From a virus: a stretch of DNA of 64,000 bases. Shown one piece after another: positions 18,466 through 27,689 of this stretch. Position 1 is the first letter of the stretch. Every line of letters begins with the position of its first letter. The stretch spans positions 1 to 64,000 of the IMG/VR virus record IMGVR_UViG_3300037515_000591, one strand, 5' to 3'. The notes beneath the pieces are model-generated. The model worked only from the letters and a program-made list of their open reading frames with translations, ran no database searches and was not told the origin of the DNA. The position numbers and the translations under genes are program-made.

Positions 18466-19965
18466 TCAGGCTCGGGCGGCCAACTGCACGAACGGCGAAA
18501 GCGGGTCGCTGTTGTTCTGTGGCGTGCACGGGGACTGGAGCCACGGCTGACCGTCGACGCGCTGGATGATGCGGTAGGCGGTCTGGTCGTTCTGGAACTT
18601 GAAGTGCGGCGACGACATCGCCGACATGACCTGCCGGTCGCCGATCAGGTAGAACCCGAAGTCCACAAACGAGATGTCGCCCTTGTCGCCGAGGACACCC
18701 GGTGCCTTCTCGGTGACGACGACGGGGCGGCCGAGGATCGTCATCGGCGGGCCCTGAACGCCGTTGTTCAGCCAGATCGCCGAGCCGCCCGTACCGACGG
18801 ACAGACTCATGGTGGCGAGCTCCGGGAACACGTCCGGGCTCACGACCCACACCGCGCGGTCCAGGCTGCCGGGGAGCATGCGGGCGTACATCTTCACCAG
18901 GTTTTCCCACACCACGGTGTCGGCTGCCTGCCCGGACTCCTTGGCGACCTCGACGATCGCCGTGTTGCCCGCCTCCAGCGCGCCCTGGGGTTCGCCGACA
19001 CCACTGCCCTTGAGGAACGCGATGTCCTCGTAGAAGTTGAGGGCCTCGGGGAAGATCTGGTCGAGGAACGCCTGGAACGAGATGGCGGAGTCGGAGATCA
19101 GTTCGTTGGGGACCTCGGTGTACGCGGTGAGCTTCTTCGCGTCGAGGACGATCCGGGAGAACGCGGCCTGCGACGCGGTGAGCGCTGCGCCCTCTTCGGT
19201 CCAGTAGCCGACGACTCCGCCGTACACCGAGCTGACGTTGCTGGTGGAATCAACTGCCGGGAACGGCACCCGGAGCGTCTCCATCGGGATGACGCGGGCC
19301 CGCTGCCGGACGACGGACTGCTCCAGCGCCACCGCGAGGAGTTCGCTACGGAGGACCTCGGGGATGAGGAACCCGCCCTCCGATGGCACCGTGCTGGAGA
19401 ACGCGTTGCGGACGCGGGTCAGCTTCGCCTGCATGTCCGCAGTCCGGTTCGCGTTGTGCCAGATCGTCTGGAAGTACTCCGCCGAGTTCTTGAACTCGCG
19501 GTCCAGGACCGCACCCATCGCCCGCGGGTTGTGAATGTGGTTCCGCGCACTGCCCGTCTGCACGACGGCCTTCGGGGTCAGGTCGATGCGGTCCACACCG
19601 TCGGGCTGGTTGTCGCGCAGCCAGTTCGCGAGGATCTGCTCCGTCTGCTCCTTGACCTGCGTCGCAATGCTGAGGTCGCGGGCGTGGGTGTTGCGGGCGT
19701 AGTTGGTGATGAACTCGCCGAAGGCTTCCGGCTGCGCGAAGACGCGCTGCATCTTCGCCGAGTCGGTCAGCATCTCCTCCAGCGCGGCCTGGTTGGTGGG
19801 GATGGTGAGACGGTCGGGGTCCACCCCTCCGGCCGGGGCCGGCGGTTCGGCGATCCGGTTGTACGCCTTGCCGATCTGGCGCGGGTCGAACCCGGCGCGG
19901 AGGATCATGCGGTGGCGCATGCCGGACACGGTGTCGGCGCGCCCCCGGGCGATTGTGGTGTTCAC
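18466..19965 (-). CDS. major capsid protein, HK97 fold with N-terminal delta domain
   Basis: 499 aa; GGFLIPEV, PFPAVD, YWTEEGA, KKLTAYTEVPNELI, SPHFKFQNDQTAYR motifs; GTG 19965 in GTGA overlap after GGGAGG. Confidence 0.9.
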   Translation of the reverse strand: MNTTIARGRADTVSGMRHRMILRAGFDPRQIGKAYNRIAEPPAPAGGVDPDRLTIPTNQAALEEMLTDSAKMQRVFAQPEAFGEFITNYARNTHARDLSIATQVKEQTEQILANWLRDNQPDGVDRIDLTPKAVVQTGSARNHIHNPRAMGAVLDREFKNSAEYFQTIWHNANRTADMQAKLTRVRNAFSSTVPSEGGFLIPEVLRSELLAVALEQSVVRQRARVIPMETLRVPFPAVDSTSNVSSVYGGVVGYWTEEGAALTASQAAFSRIVLDAKKLTAYTEVPNELISDSAISFQAFLDQIFPEALNFYEDIAFLKGSGVGEPQGALEAGNTAIVEVAKESGQAADTVVWENLVKMYARMLPGSLDRAVWVVSPDVFPELATMSLSVGTGGSAIWLNNGVQGPPMTILGRPVVVTEKAPGVLGDKGDISFVDFGFYLIGDRQVMSAMSSPHFKFQNDQTAYRIIQRVDGQPWLQSPCTPQNNSDPLSPFVQLAARA

Positions 19966-21698
19966 AGTTCTGCCTCCCAAAGGGCACGTCGTACTGCTGA
20001 TTGGTCGATCGTTTGGACCGGCTCGGGCGCGGCCGGCTGGGGCGCGGCGGGCTGGGGTGGGGCGGGTGCGTCGTTGGCGACACCGGTCATGACGGCGCGC
20101 AGGTAGTCGGCGACGACTTGCCCGGCGGGCGGCGGCGGTTCGGGCACGACGGCCGCAGCCGGGGTGGGCACGGCCGGGGTGGGGCGTGCGGTCTGCGGGG
20201 CGGCCGGAGCATCGTTGGCGACCCCGGCGAACAGGGACCGGAAGTAGCCGACCGCCACCGTCTGCGGATCCGCCTCAGGCACGACGTCTACAGGCGGCGG
20301 CACATACGGGACCGGGTCCTGCCGCGGGGCGGGTACGGCCGGTGCGTCACCCGCCACACCCGCCATGAGAGAGCGGAAGTAGCCGGCGGCCACGGTCTGC
20401 TCGTCGGGTTCGGGCACGACGTCCGTGGGCGGCGGCACGTACGGGGCGGCCTGGCGTACGGGCGTGGGCGCGGCGGGTGCATCACCTGCGACACCGGCCA
20501 TCAGCGACCGCAGGTGCTCGGGCTGGTAGCCGGGCATCGGGTCGAGCGCGGCGGTTGCGGCGGCACGGAACACGGACGGGTCGAACGCGGCTGCCGTGGG
20601 CGCGTCGCGGGCGCGGTCCTCGCTGCTGTCGCCGTCCGCAAGGTGGGCGCGCAGGTGAGCTTCCACCGCGGCGCGCTGCGCCTCGGGTACGTCGGACTGG
20701 GGGAGGCGTGCGAGCCCGTTGCGGCAGGCGGCCAAGTTGGCGGCGCCCGGGCTACCGTCGCCGTCGACCTCGTGGTGGGGGAACTTGCACGCGCTCTTGG
20801 GGAGTTCGCCGCTCTCGACCTGTTCGGGGTCGTACCAGCCGTACGCCTTCTTCGCGGTGGCGACGGTCATGGGGGCGGGGAGGCGGCGCTCATTCGGGCC
20901 CGCATCCCATGGGGAGTCGACGGTCGCGGTGTGGTGCGTCGGCGACGCAGTGTCGAGCGGTGGTGCGGGAGCGGTCTCGCGGCTGGTGTGCGCGTAGTTG
21001 TACACCGACAGGTCCCACGCGGCGGCGACCGCCCGGTCGTCGGGCATCTCTTCCATCTGCCGCTCAGGCTTCGCAACCTCGTCCGCGAGCCCGGCCTCAA
21101 CCGCCTCATCGGCGAAGAACCAGGTTTCGGCAGCCATGAGGCGGAGCCACTGCTTGACCGTGCCGCCTGCACGCTCGGCGTACACCCCGGCCAGGTTTTC
21201 GCTCTGCCGGTCGAGAAATTCGGCGTACTCGCGGAGTTCAGCCGCTTCGCCGCTGGCGACGCCCTGCGCCATGTGCAGCATCATCTGGCTGTGCGGGGCC
21301 ATGATGATCCGGTCTCCGGCCATGGCGATGACGGAGGCGATCGATGCGGCGAGGCTGTCGACCTGGACGATGACCTTGGCGCGGTGGGAGCGGAGTGCGT
21401 TATAGCAGGCCAGGCCGTCATAGACCTCTCCGCCAGGGCTGTTGACGTACAGCCTGATCTCCGGCGCATCGATGGCCTTGAGTTCCTCCACAAAGGAGGA
21501 GGCTGAAATTCCCCACGAGCCAATGTCGCCGTAGATGTACATCGAGGCGACGGGTGAGCCGCCTTCGTCGACGGTGTTGGTGATGCGGTACCAGCCCTCG
21601 ACGCCGTCGGGTCCGGGCAGTGCGGGGCGTGCGGCTCGGCTGCGTTCGGCAATCACTTCGGGGGCGGCGGTATTCCACGATCGCCGCGTGTGGCTCAT
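19962..21698 (-). CDS. ClpP-family (S14) prohead protease fused to scaffold-like repeat region
   Basis: YIYGDIGSWG...VNSPGGEVYDG...SLAASIASVIAMAGD...MMLHMAQG; start ATG 21698 after GGGGAGGG. Confidence 0.85.
   Translation of the reverse strand: MSHTRRSWNTAAPEVIAERSRAARPALPGPDGVEGWYRITNTVDEGGSPVASMYIYGDIGSWGISASSFVEELKAIDAPEIRLYVNSPGGEVYDGLACYNALRSHRAKVIVQVDSLAASIASVIAMAGDRIIMAPHSQMMLHMAQGVASGEAAELREYAEFLDRQSENLAGVYAERAGGTVKQWLRLMAAETWFFADEAVEAGLADEVAKPERQMEEMPDDRAVAAAWDLSVYNYAHTSRETAPAPPLDTASPTHHTATVDSPWDAGPNERRLPAPMTVATAKKAYGWYDPEQVESGELPKSACKFPHHEVDGDGSPGAANLAACRNGLARLPQSDVPEAQRAAVEAHLRAHLADGDSSEDRARDAPTAAAFDPSVFRAAATAALDPMPGYQPEHLRSLMAGVAGDAPAAPTPVRQAAPYVPPPTDVVPEPDEQTVAAGYFRSLMAGVAGDAPAVPAPRQDPVPYVPPPVDVVPEADPQTVAVGYFRSLFAGVANDAPAAPQTARPTPAVPTPAAAVVPEPPPPAGQVVADYLRAVMTGVANDAPAPPQPAAPQPAAPEPVQTIDQSAVRRALWEAEL
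19965..20516 (-). repeat. four tandem ~45-aa coding repeats at the C-terminus of the protease-scaffold
   Basis: units start HLRSLMAGVAGDAP / YFRSLMAGVAGDAP / YFRSLFAGVANDAP / YLRAVMTGVANDAP, each followed by a Pro-rich spacer. Confidence 0.8.
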
Positions 21699-21905
21699 TG
21701 GGTTTCGCCCTCCCCGGTGCGGGTTTTCGCATTGTCCAGGCAGGGTCATTGTGCACTATGCGTTGCGGCTTGTATGGCCTCTGACCTGCGATAACGCGGC
21801 TTTACCGTTTCCATATCGCGGGTGTCGCATTTCTTTAACAGTGGGTTTTCTTAATTCCCGTCAGCCGCGTGCATGTTTACGTGTATTCGCGTACCATTCC
21901 GGTGC

Positions 21906-22178
21906 ATGAAGGTAAACACTTCGCAGGGTGATGATGCTGCGCGGGTGGATGAGCTGGCCGCTCGTGTGCGTGCCGGGCAGCTTCCGCCGCCGGAGGAGCG
22001 GGCTCGGATACGGCAGTCGGCTCATGTGACGTTGGAGCACTTCGCACGGGTGCTGCGGGTCAGCGTGATGACGGTCAGCCGGTGGGAGCGCGGGGAGACG
22101 GAACCGGGGCTGGATCAGCGGGCGGCGTACGCGCGACTGCTGCGGGAAGTCGCCGCCGCCACGGAGGGGGAGGCCTGA
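21906..22178 (+). CDS. XRE-family HTH transcriptional regulator
   Basis: IRQSAHVTLEHFARVLRVSVMTVSRWERGETEP; start ATG 21906 or 21873 uncertain; heads the plus-strand island. Confidence 0.75.
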   Translation: MKVNTSQGDDAARVDELAARVRAGQLPPPEERARIRQSAHVTLEHFARVLRVSVMTVSRWERGETEPGLDQRAAYARLLREVAAATEGEA

Positions 22179-22180
22179 CT

Positions 22181-22588
22181 GTGGAGCCAAAATTCGTGAT
22201 GAAGCGAGCCTGCTTCTCGACAGAGCGCAGGGCTTTGGACAGCGGAAGGACCGTCCGAGACCGAAGTCTGGGAATGATCGCGATCTACACACCGGTCCGC
22301 GTCAAGCCCCGTTACTGGACCAGCGCAACACTCTCGGGCTCAGTCATCCACATCGCCACCGGTCGCGGCATCCTCACTCAAGGCACCGTGGCCACCCGAG
22401 GAATGATCACGGTGGAGCCCTACTGCAACGGGCATCTCGAATGGCCCCGCTCGCTCTCGTCTCCAGCGGACTTCCCCGAGAGACGCCTGTGCGGAATGTG
22501 CCTTGAGCGGGCGCACAACACTGCGCCTGGCAGCCTCACTCGGCCCGTTTCGCCACGGACGATCACCGTGCACGTCGTGACGACCTGA
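22181..22588 (+). CDS. hypothetical protein, lower-GC
   Basis: GTG 3 nt after XRE stop (alt ATG 22199); sampled 60-nt blocks 60-65% GC; no motif recognised. Confidence 0.5.
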   Translation: MEPKFVMKRACFSTERRALDSGRTVRDRSLGMIAIYTPVRVKPRYWTSATLSGSVIHIATGRGILTQGTVATRGMITVEPYCNGHLEWPRSLSSPADFPERRLCGMCLERAHNTAPGSLTRPVSPRTITVHVVTT

Positions 22589-22602
22589 CTGGAGCCCGCC
22601 CC

Positions 22603-22806
22603 GTGAGTGCCCCGTTGAACCTGACCGCCGAGCAACTCCGCACGATCGCCGCAGCCCTCGACGAACTCACCGAAATCACGAAGCTGCGCGAGGTGTCGTT
22701 CACGCCTTCCGGCTTCCTCGAAATCGGACTTGCCGACAACACGCTGAGCGTGACGCGGGACAGCGAGACCGGCGCGTACGTCATCGACGACCGCAACGGC
22801 GACTAA
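22603..22806 (+). CDS. hypothetical small acidic protein
   Basis: 67-aa track ORF. Confidence 0.45.
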   Translation: MSAPLNLTAEQLRTIAAALDELTEITKLREVSFTPSGFLEIGLADNTLSVTRDSETGAYVIDDRNGD

Positions 22807-22816
22807 GGAGAAACCC

Positions 22817-23122
22817 GTGAGCACCTGTCCCGCCGAACCCCCCGGCCCCCACGACTTCACCGTCGAAGCCTGCCCCCACTGCGACACCTTCCAGTGGCCC
22901 AGCCGCACAGACCAGCATGTCGCTACCGTCCACGCCGACCTGCCGCCCTGCACAGCCCGCCTCGACAACGAGTACGGCTCGTACACGTGCATCCTCCGCG
23001 CCGGGCACCGGATAGGACACGGCCAGTACGGCGACTACCACGTCAGCGTCATCGGGCCGAACGGGCGCACCGTGTGGAACGACACCGCCGACGGCGCCAC
23101 CCCGCACAAGGAGCAGTCGTGA
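22817..23122 (+). CDS. hypothetical Cys/His-rich protein
   Basis: 101 aa; CPHC...C...C..H..H pattern. Confidence 0.5.
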   Translation: MSTCPAEPPGPHDFTVEACPHCDTFQWPSRTDQHVATVHADLPPCTARLDNEYGSYTCILRAGHRIGHGQYGDYHVSVIGPNGRTVWNDTADGATPHKEQS

Positions 23123-23523
23123 GCAGCAACTACAGCGTCCTCTGCCTCTCCCACGACCCCGCCATCATCGTCCACGACCCCGGCTTCAACCGGCCCGAGC
23201 AGGCCGAAGCCGCCATCGCTGACGGCGTCACCGGGCACGAGAACTGCGACCTGATGATCGGCCGCTACTCGTACCCGCTCGTCGAACTCGGCTGCCCGCC
23301 CGCCCGTGATGGCCTCGGCCCTTCCTTCAGGAGGTGCTACCACGGAGAAACCGTGTGGGTGTGCAGGGAATGGCTATGGATCCTGGCCGCGGCCTACCAA
23401 TCGTCTGATCCGGACGTACGGGCGACTACGCAAGCAAACCGCAGCCCGCGGTGTCTGCCGTGGGAGCGGCTACGGCGGTTGCGGAACGAACTCGACTTCA
23501 CGATCAAGGAGGCCGCCCCGTGA
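23119..23523 (+). CDS. hypothetical protein
   Basis: GTG in GTGA overlap; LCLSHDP and TGHENC motifs (TGHENC recurs in ORF 25987-26307). Confidence 0.5.
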   Translation: MSSNYSVLCLSHDPAIIVHDPGFNRPEQAEAAIADGVTGHENCDLMIGRYSYPLVELGCPPARDGLGPSFRRCYHGETVWVCREWLWILAAAYQSSDPDVRATTQANRSPRCLPWERLRRLRNELDFTIKEAAP

Positions 23524-23915
23524 GCGCCGTCCACATCGTTGTCGTCGTCGTCGCGGTGGCTGTCATCGGCCTCTGTACGTGGGCTGCTCCCCGCCGCTAC
23601 CACCTCCAGCGGTCGAAGTCCCAGGACCATGCGCCCCGAGTGCTCACTATCCCTGAGCCGATCACGGAGGCCGAGTACGAGGCGATCAAGACGCGCTGGC
23701 TGGCCCTGTACGGCAGCAACACGAACGCGCACCTCGTGACGCCGCTCTGCACGGAGCACGACGTCAACGAGTGGGCGTGCGTCACCAACCCGCGCACCGG
23801 GCGTATGGAGCACTTCAAGCGGCCGTGGCCCGGTTGCCGAATCGACTTCACAGGAAGCTCGCGCAACGGCCTGGTGGACCCACTGCCTCACACCACCCCC
23901 GAGGAGACCCCGTGA
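23520..23915 (+). CDS. hypothetical N-terminally membrane-anchored protein
   Basis: GTGA overlap start; VHIVVVVVAVAVIGLC TM helix. Confidence 0.5.
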   Translation: MSAVHIVVVVVAVAVIGLCTWAAPRRYHLQRSKSQDHAPRVLTIPEPITEAEYEAIKTRWLALYGSNTNAHLVTPLCTEHDVNEWACVTNPRTGRMEHFKRPWPGCRIDFTGSSRNGLVDPLPHTTPEETP

Positions 23916-24157
23916 ACGTCTTCGAGACCGTCTACGTCATCGGCGCCGCGATCTCCGCAGTCATCCTCGCCATCGACATCACCATCGACGAGGCCGACTG
24001 GAGCAGGCGCATGGTCTCGTTCCCGGATCCTGGCGAGCCGCTTCGGATTGAAACCGAACACGTCGTCAGCGGCATCCTGATGGGGCTTGTGACTGCGTTC
24101 GTCTGGCCGGTTGGGGTTCCGGCGTACTTCCTCGCGTTCAGGACCCGGCGTGGGTGA
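23912..24157 (+). CDS. hypothetical two-TM membrane protein
   Basis: GTGA overlap start; VYVIGAAISAVILAI and ILMGLVTAFVWPVGVPAYFLAF. Confidence 0.5.
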   Translation: MNVFETVYVIGAAISAVILAIDITIDEADWSRRMVSFPDPGEPLRIETEHVVSGILMGLVTAFVWPVGVPAYFLAFRTRRG

Positions 24158-24341
24158 CCGTCTGCGTCCGGTGCGCCTGTTCGGCCGCGACTACTACTGG
24201 CACGCCGGGCCCGGCCATCCGCTGCAACTGCTGCCCGCCGTCCCGTGGCCCGAGCTGCCCAAGGTGCAGCCCGAGGATCTGTACTCGGAGTTGGTCCGCC
24301 TGTACGCCCGCCCACTCCCACAACCCGAGGAGATCCCTTGA
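24150..24341 (+). CDS. hypothetical small protein
   Basis: GTG 24150, 8-nt overlap with upstream gene; competing frame is Cys/Pro junk. Confidence 0.4.
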   Translation: MGDRLRPVRLFGRDYYWHAGPGHPLQLLPAVPWPELPKVQPEDLYSELVRLYARPLPQPEEIP

Positions 24342-24811
24342 CGGCTGACAGCCCGCGACGCGTGATCACGCTGAACTGTTTGACCTGCGGCGAGACCGGC
24401 ATCACCGTATGGGCCGCACACGCCAGCGCCTGCCCCGGCCCGTCCCACGGCGGCGGGCCAGCCGAGACCATCGAAGGCGTCCGTCACCTCGAAGCCCGCC
24501 TATGGGAGAACAACGACGCTCGGGAGATGCCCGTCTCCGCCGTGTGCCACTCGATCGCTAACGATCTGCGGGACGTCCTCGCAGACGACGATCACCGGCC
24601 TACCGCCCCCGACCTGACCACCGGCACCCGAGGTGAGTACAACGAGTGGGTCATCGAGACGAAGCTCGGGCGCAGGCTCGCTGTGTGTGTCGACCGCAGC
24701 CCGTATCGGGAGGACGCACGCCGGCGGTTGGAGGAGCTACGGGCCGAGCATCCGGGGATGGTGTTCCGAGTGGTCCGGGAGACGAGTACGCGTACTGAGG
24801 AGGATTGGTGA
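24338..24811 (+). CDS. hypothetical protein
   Basis: TTG in TTGA overlap (start uncertain); CLTCG...C motif. Confidence 0.45.
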   Translation: MTADSPRRVITLNCLTCGETGITVWAAHASACPGPSHGGGPAETIEGVRHLEARLWENNDAREMPVSAVCHSIANDLRDVLADDDHRPTAPDLTTGTRGEYNEWVIETKLGRRLAVCVDRSPYREDARRRLEELRAEHPGMVFRVVRETSTRTEEDW

Positions 24812-25425
24812 TGCCTGACCTGCATGGCTGGCTGAGTCAACAGATCGACGCGGTGGAAGCCGTAGCGCGGGCCGCAGCCTCCGACGGAACGCCCGACTGG
24901 TACACCAAGAACCATTTCGCTGTAGCCGACGGGGACGGCGATGCGGTCGCGTACAACGAGGGAAACCCCACCCCGGACCAGGCCCGACACATTGCCCTGC
25001 ACGACCCTGCGGGCGTGCTGCGCCGTTGTGCCGCTGACCGGAAGATTCTCGCCGAGCACCGGCCCCACGGCGGCAAGTGGGAGCCGTACGCCTGCGAGGG
25101 GTGCGGCATGGACGGCGGGGACTGCGCCGACTGGATGGTTGAGCACGTCAACGACTGCCCGACGCTGCTCGCGCTCGCGGAGGGGTACGGGCTCACCGGC
25201 GAGCAGCGCGCCGTACTGGACCGGCCCGAGCCTGAGCGGCCTGCACCGTCCGGGCCCAGCCTTCTCCCTGACGGGCTCGCCGAGGCCATGTTCGGCAACC
25301 TGTACGCCTTCGCACTCGGTGTACGGGAGGTTGAGCGGAGCCCGGAGGTGAAGGCGATGGAGATCCTGAACCCGGAGTTGAAGAAGATCCCCGGCTACCT
25401 GCCCACCACCGAGGAGCAGCAGTGA
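24811..25425 (+). CDS. DUF6221-like protein
   Basis: ATG 8 nt after GAGGAGG; HDPAGVLRRCAADRKILAEH motif recalled from the actinobacterial DUF6221 family (not searched). Confidence 0.55.
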   Translation: MPDLHGWLSQQIDAVEAVARAAASDGTPDWYTKNHFAVADGDGDAVAYNEGNPTPDQARHIALHDPAGVLRRCAADRKILAEHRPHGGKWEPYACEGCGMDGGDCADWMVEHVNDCPTLLALAEGYGLTGEQRAVLDRPEPERPAPSGPSLLPDGLAEAMFGNLYAFALGVREVERSPEVKAMEILNPELKKIPGYLPTTEEQQ

Positions 25426-25739
25426 GGCGCCTGATCAGCAACAAGACTCTGTGGCCTCTGCACGTCGCTCAGGGCCGCGCCGAGGAGATCTCCGCGTGGG
25501 TGGCTGCGAACGGCATCGAACCCGACGACGTGTCCACCAACCATGATCTGATCGTTGAGGACGTGGCAGGCGTTCTGTCGATCCGGTGCACGGTGTACCT
25601 GCGGACGCTGGACGGCTCCAAGTACGTGGATGGCGCGTTGGATGACGCGGCGGTGGCGGAACGGCGTGTGCCGCTGCTGGTGCTGCCGCCGGATTCCTGG
25701 CCGACGTGGGCGCTCGCCGACGAAAGGCCACAGCCGTGA
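25422..25739 (+). CDS. hypothetical protein
   Basis: 105-aa track ORF, GTGA-type coupling. Confidence 0.45.
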   Translation: MRRLISNKTLWPLHVAQGRAEEISAWVAANGIEPDDVSTNHDLIVEDVAGVLSIRCTVYLRTLDGSKYVDGALDDAAVAERRVPLLVLPPDSWPTWALADERPQP

Positions 25740-25990
25740 GGCCACTGCAATGCGTGATCGGCCGCCACGCATGGACCGGCTGGCGTAAGCACGAGAAGGG
25801 ATGCGGCGACCACGGCTGCGACCGCTACCTACGCCGCTGTACTCGGTGCCCGAGGTGGCAGCGCAAGTTCCCAGGAGGGCGACCGCGCGAGTTCGAGTGC
25901 CGCTGCCTCGCCTTCGCCTGCTGCTCGGACGAATGCCGCCAAGGCCGATGCCCATCCATCCCAGCCGAGCTCAGAGAGGACACCCGATGA
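25736..25990 (+). CDS. hypothetical Cys-rich protein
   Basis: GTG 25736 in GTGA overlap; 12 Cys in 84 aa. Confidence 0.45.
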   Translation: MRPLQCVIGRHAWTGWRKHEKGCGDHGCDRYLRRCTRCPRWQRKFPGGRPREFECRCLAFACCSDECRQGRCPSIPAELREDTR

Positions 25991-26307
25991 GCCAACCACT
26001 CGACGAACAGCAGATGCGAGATGCCTGGGACACGGCTGTACAGGACTGCCTGACCGGGCACGAGAACTGCTCGTACGGCGGCATGACCCCACAGACCGGC
26101 TACTGGCTCCAAGCCGAGGGCTGCCAACTCAACCACGGTGAGAGGTGCGTGTGGTGCGGCGGCGAGGCGGAGACGGGGTTCTCCAACTGGGCCGACGACG
26201 GGTTTTCGATCTACCGGGTTCCTGCGTGTGAGGGGTGCGCGCAGCAGTGGGTGCGGTTCGATGTTCGGTGGGTGCGGAGCATCGCGGACGAGGAGCCCAC
26301 CCCGTGA
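25987..26307 (+). CDS. hypothetical Cys-rich protein
   Basis: ATG 25987 in ATGA overlap; TGHENC, CVWCGG, CEGC motifs. Confidence 0.45.
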   Translation: MSQPLDEQQMRDAWDTAVQDCLTGHENCSYGGMTPQTGYWLQAEGCQLNHGERCVWCGGEAETGFSNWADDGFSIYRVPACEGCAQQWVRFDVRWVRSIADEEPTP

Positions 26308-26738
26308 GCAACTACGCGTACGCCAGCGTCCCAGGCAACGACTCTGCGATCGTCGGCCCCGAAACCGTCAACGGCACCGGACAGGTCTACCTCCACGCCG
26401 ACGACCTCTGCTTCCTCAGCAACGAGGAAGCCCGCGAACTCGGGCGCGCGCTGATCGAGGCCGCCGACTACGCGAAGGCCGTGCAGAACGAGAAGGAGAA
26501 CTGGCCGGGCGGCGGACCGCCCAAGTCTGTACTCGACGTCGCGTGGACCGATCCGCAGTGGCGTTCCGCTGGCCCGGACGGCGACCCCGACACCGCGTGC
26601 AGCGCCTCTCACCGCCCAGACCCCCGCAGCACCAGCCCCCGGAGCGTTGCCCGTTGCACGCGGGGCTGCGGCCACTGCGGGGCGCACGCCGGGGCCGACT
26701 TCGACGGAAGGTCGTACCAGTGGGAGGACACGCGATGA
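26304..26738 (+). CDS. hypothetical protein
   Basis: GTG 26304 in GTGA overlap; 144 aa. Confidence 0.45.
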   Translation: MSNYAYASVPGNDSAIVGPETVNGTGQVYLHADDLCFLSNEEARELGRALIEAADYAKAVQNEKENWPGGGPPKSVLDVAWTDPQWRSAGPDGDPDTACSASHRPDPRSTSPRSVARCTRGCGHCGAHAGADFDGRSYQWEDTR

Positions 26739-26854
26739 CCGTCACGCTGCGACTCGTCGTCGAGACGTGCTGCGCCTGCCCCAACCAGTGGGACGCCTGG
26801 ACCGTCGACGGCCAATACCTTGCATGTCAACTATGTTCGCGAATAATGTTGTGA
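26735..26854 (+). pseudogene. 5' fragment of a small CxxC gene, truncated at an AT-rich junction
   Basis: MTVTLRLVVETCCACPNQWDAWTVDGQYL, then an abrupt drop in GC at about 26820 and a stop after 10 more codons. Confidence 0.5.
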
Positions 26855-26866
26855 CACAATGGAACT

Positions 26867-27064
26867 GTGACCGACTACAGCCAGCGACTCAAGAGGGCCC
26901 GCGCCGCCTATGACAGAGCGCGCTCCGCCTTGTTTGCAGAGATCAAGGAAGCGCTCGAAGCCGAAGACGGACCAACCGTCTCCCAGATCGCACGCGACGC
27001 CGATTTCACCCGCGAGTACATCGCCAAGATTCGCGATGGCCAGGGACCGAAGGAGACGCGATGA
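26867..27064 (+). CDS. small HTH DNA-binding protein associated with HNH cassette
   Basis: 65 aa; coiled-coil N-terminus then TVSQIARDADFTREYIAKIRDG; paralog-like to ORFs 53123 and 34817. Confidence 0.55.
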   Translation: MTDYSQRLKRARAAYDRARSALFAEIKEALEAEDGPTVSQIARDADFTREYIAKIRDGQGPKETR

Positions 27065-27624
27065 GCGGACGTGTCTGCGCAGTAGACGCATGCGAAAGGC
27101 CGCGCCATCGCCGCGACTGGTGCGTTATGCACCACAGCCGCTGGAAGCGGACGGGGAACCCGCTTGGCGCGCGAACCAGCCCCGACGTGCGGTTCTGGGC
27201 GAAGGTCGACAAGCGCGGTCCGATGTCGGAGCACCGCCCGGACCTCGGTGCATGCTGGGTGTGGACTGGCGGCAAGGATCGCCTCGGGTATGGGCACTTT
27301 TGGCTGGACCGCAGCCACGTGCTCGCCCATCGGTTCGCATACGAACTGCTGGTGGGCCCAATCGCGGGGAGTCTAGAGATGGACCACTTGTGCCGGGTTA
27401 GGCACTGCGTTAACCCGCACCACCTCGAACAGGTAACTCACCGGGTGAACACTCTGCGCGGCACGTGCCCTTCAGCGCAGGCGGCACGGGTGACCCACTG
27501 CCCACAAGGGCACGCGTACAACGAGGAGAACACCCGCATCTATCAGGGGCGACGGTACTGCCGTGAGTGCAGCCGTGAAGCGAGCCGCCGCTACAAGGCC
27601 TCTAAGCGGGCGGAGCGGGAGTGA
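27061..27624 (+). CDS. HNH endonuclease
   Basis: CWVWTGGKDRLGYGHFW...AHRFAYELLVG...EMDHLCRVRHCVNPHHLEQVTHRVN plus CPQGH...CRECS zinc ribbon. Confidence 0.85.
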   Translation: MSGRVCAVDACERPRHRRDWCVMHHSRWKRTGNPLGARTSPDVRFWAKVDKRGPMSEHRPDLGACWVWTGGKDRLGYGHFWLDRSHVLAHRFAYELLVGPIAGSLEMDHLCRVRHCVNPHHLEQVTHRVNTLRGTCPSAQAARVTHCPQGHAYNEENTRIYQGRRYCRECSREASRRYKASKRAERE

Positions 27625-27689
27625 TCACGCTGACGGAGTTCCTACGCCGGACGGGCCTGCGACTCGCACCAGACGCGGTGGTGAGCTGA
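27621..27689 (+). pseudogene. possible 3' remnant of the split gene (22 codons)
   Basis: GTG in GTGA overlap with HNH stop; VITLTEFLRRTGLRLAPDAVVS; its TGA overlaps the next ATG (TGATG). Confidence 0.35.

Noticed and set aside
18151-20106. 651-aa plus-strand ORF
   Set aside because: It is antisense to the major capsid gene, which has unambiguous HK97-family motifs.
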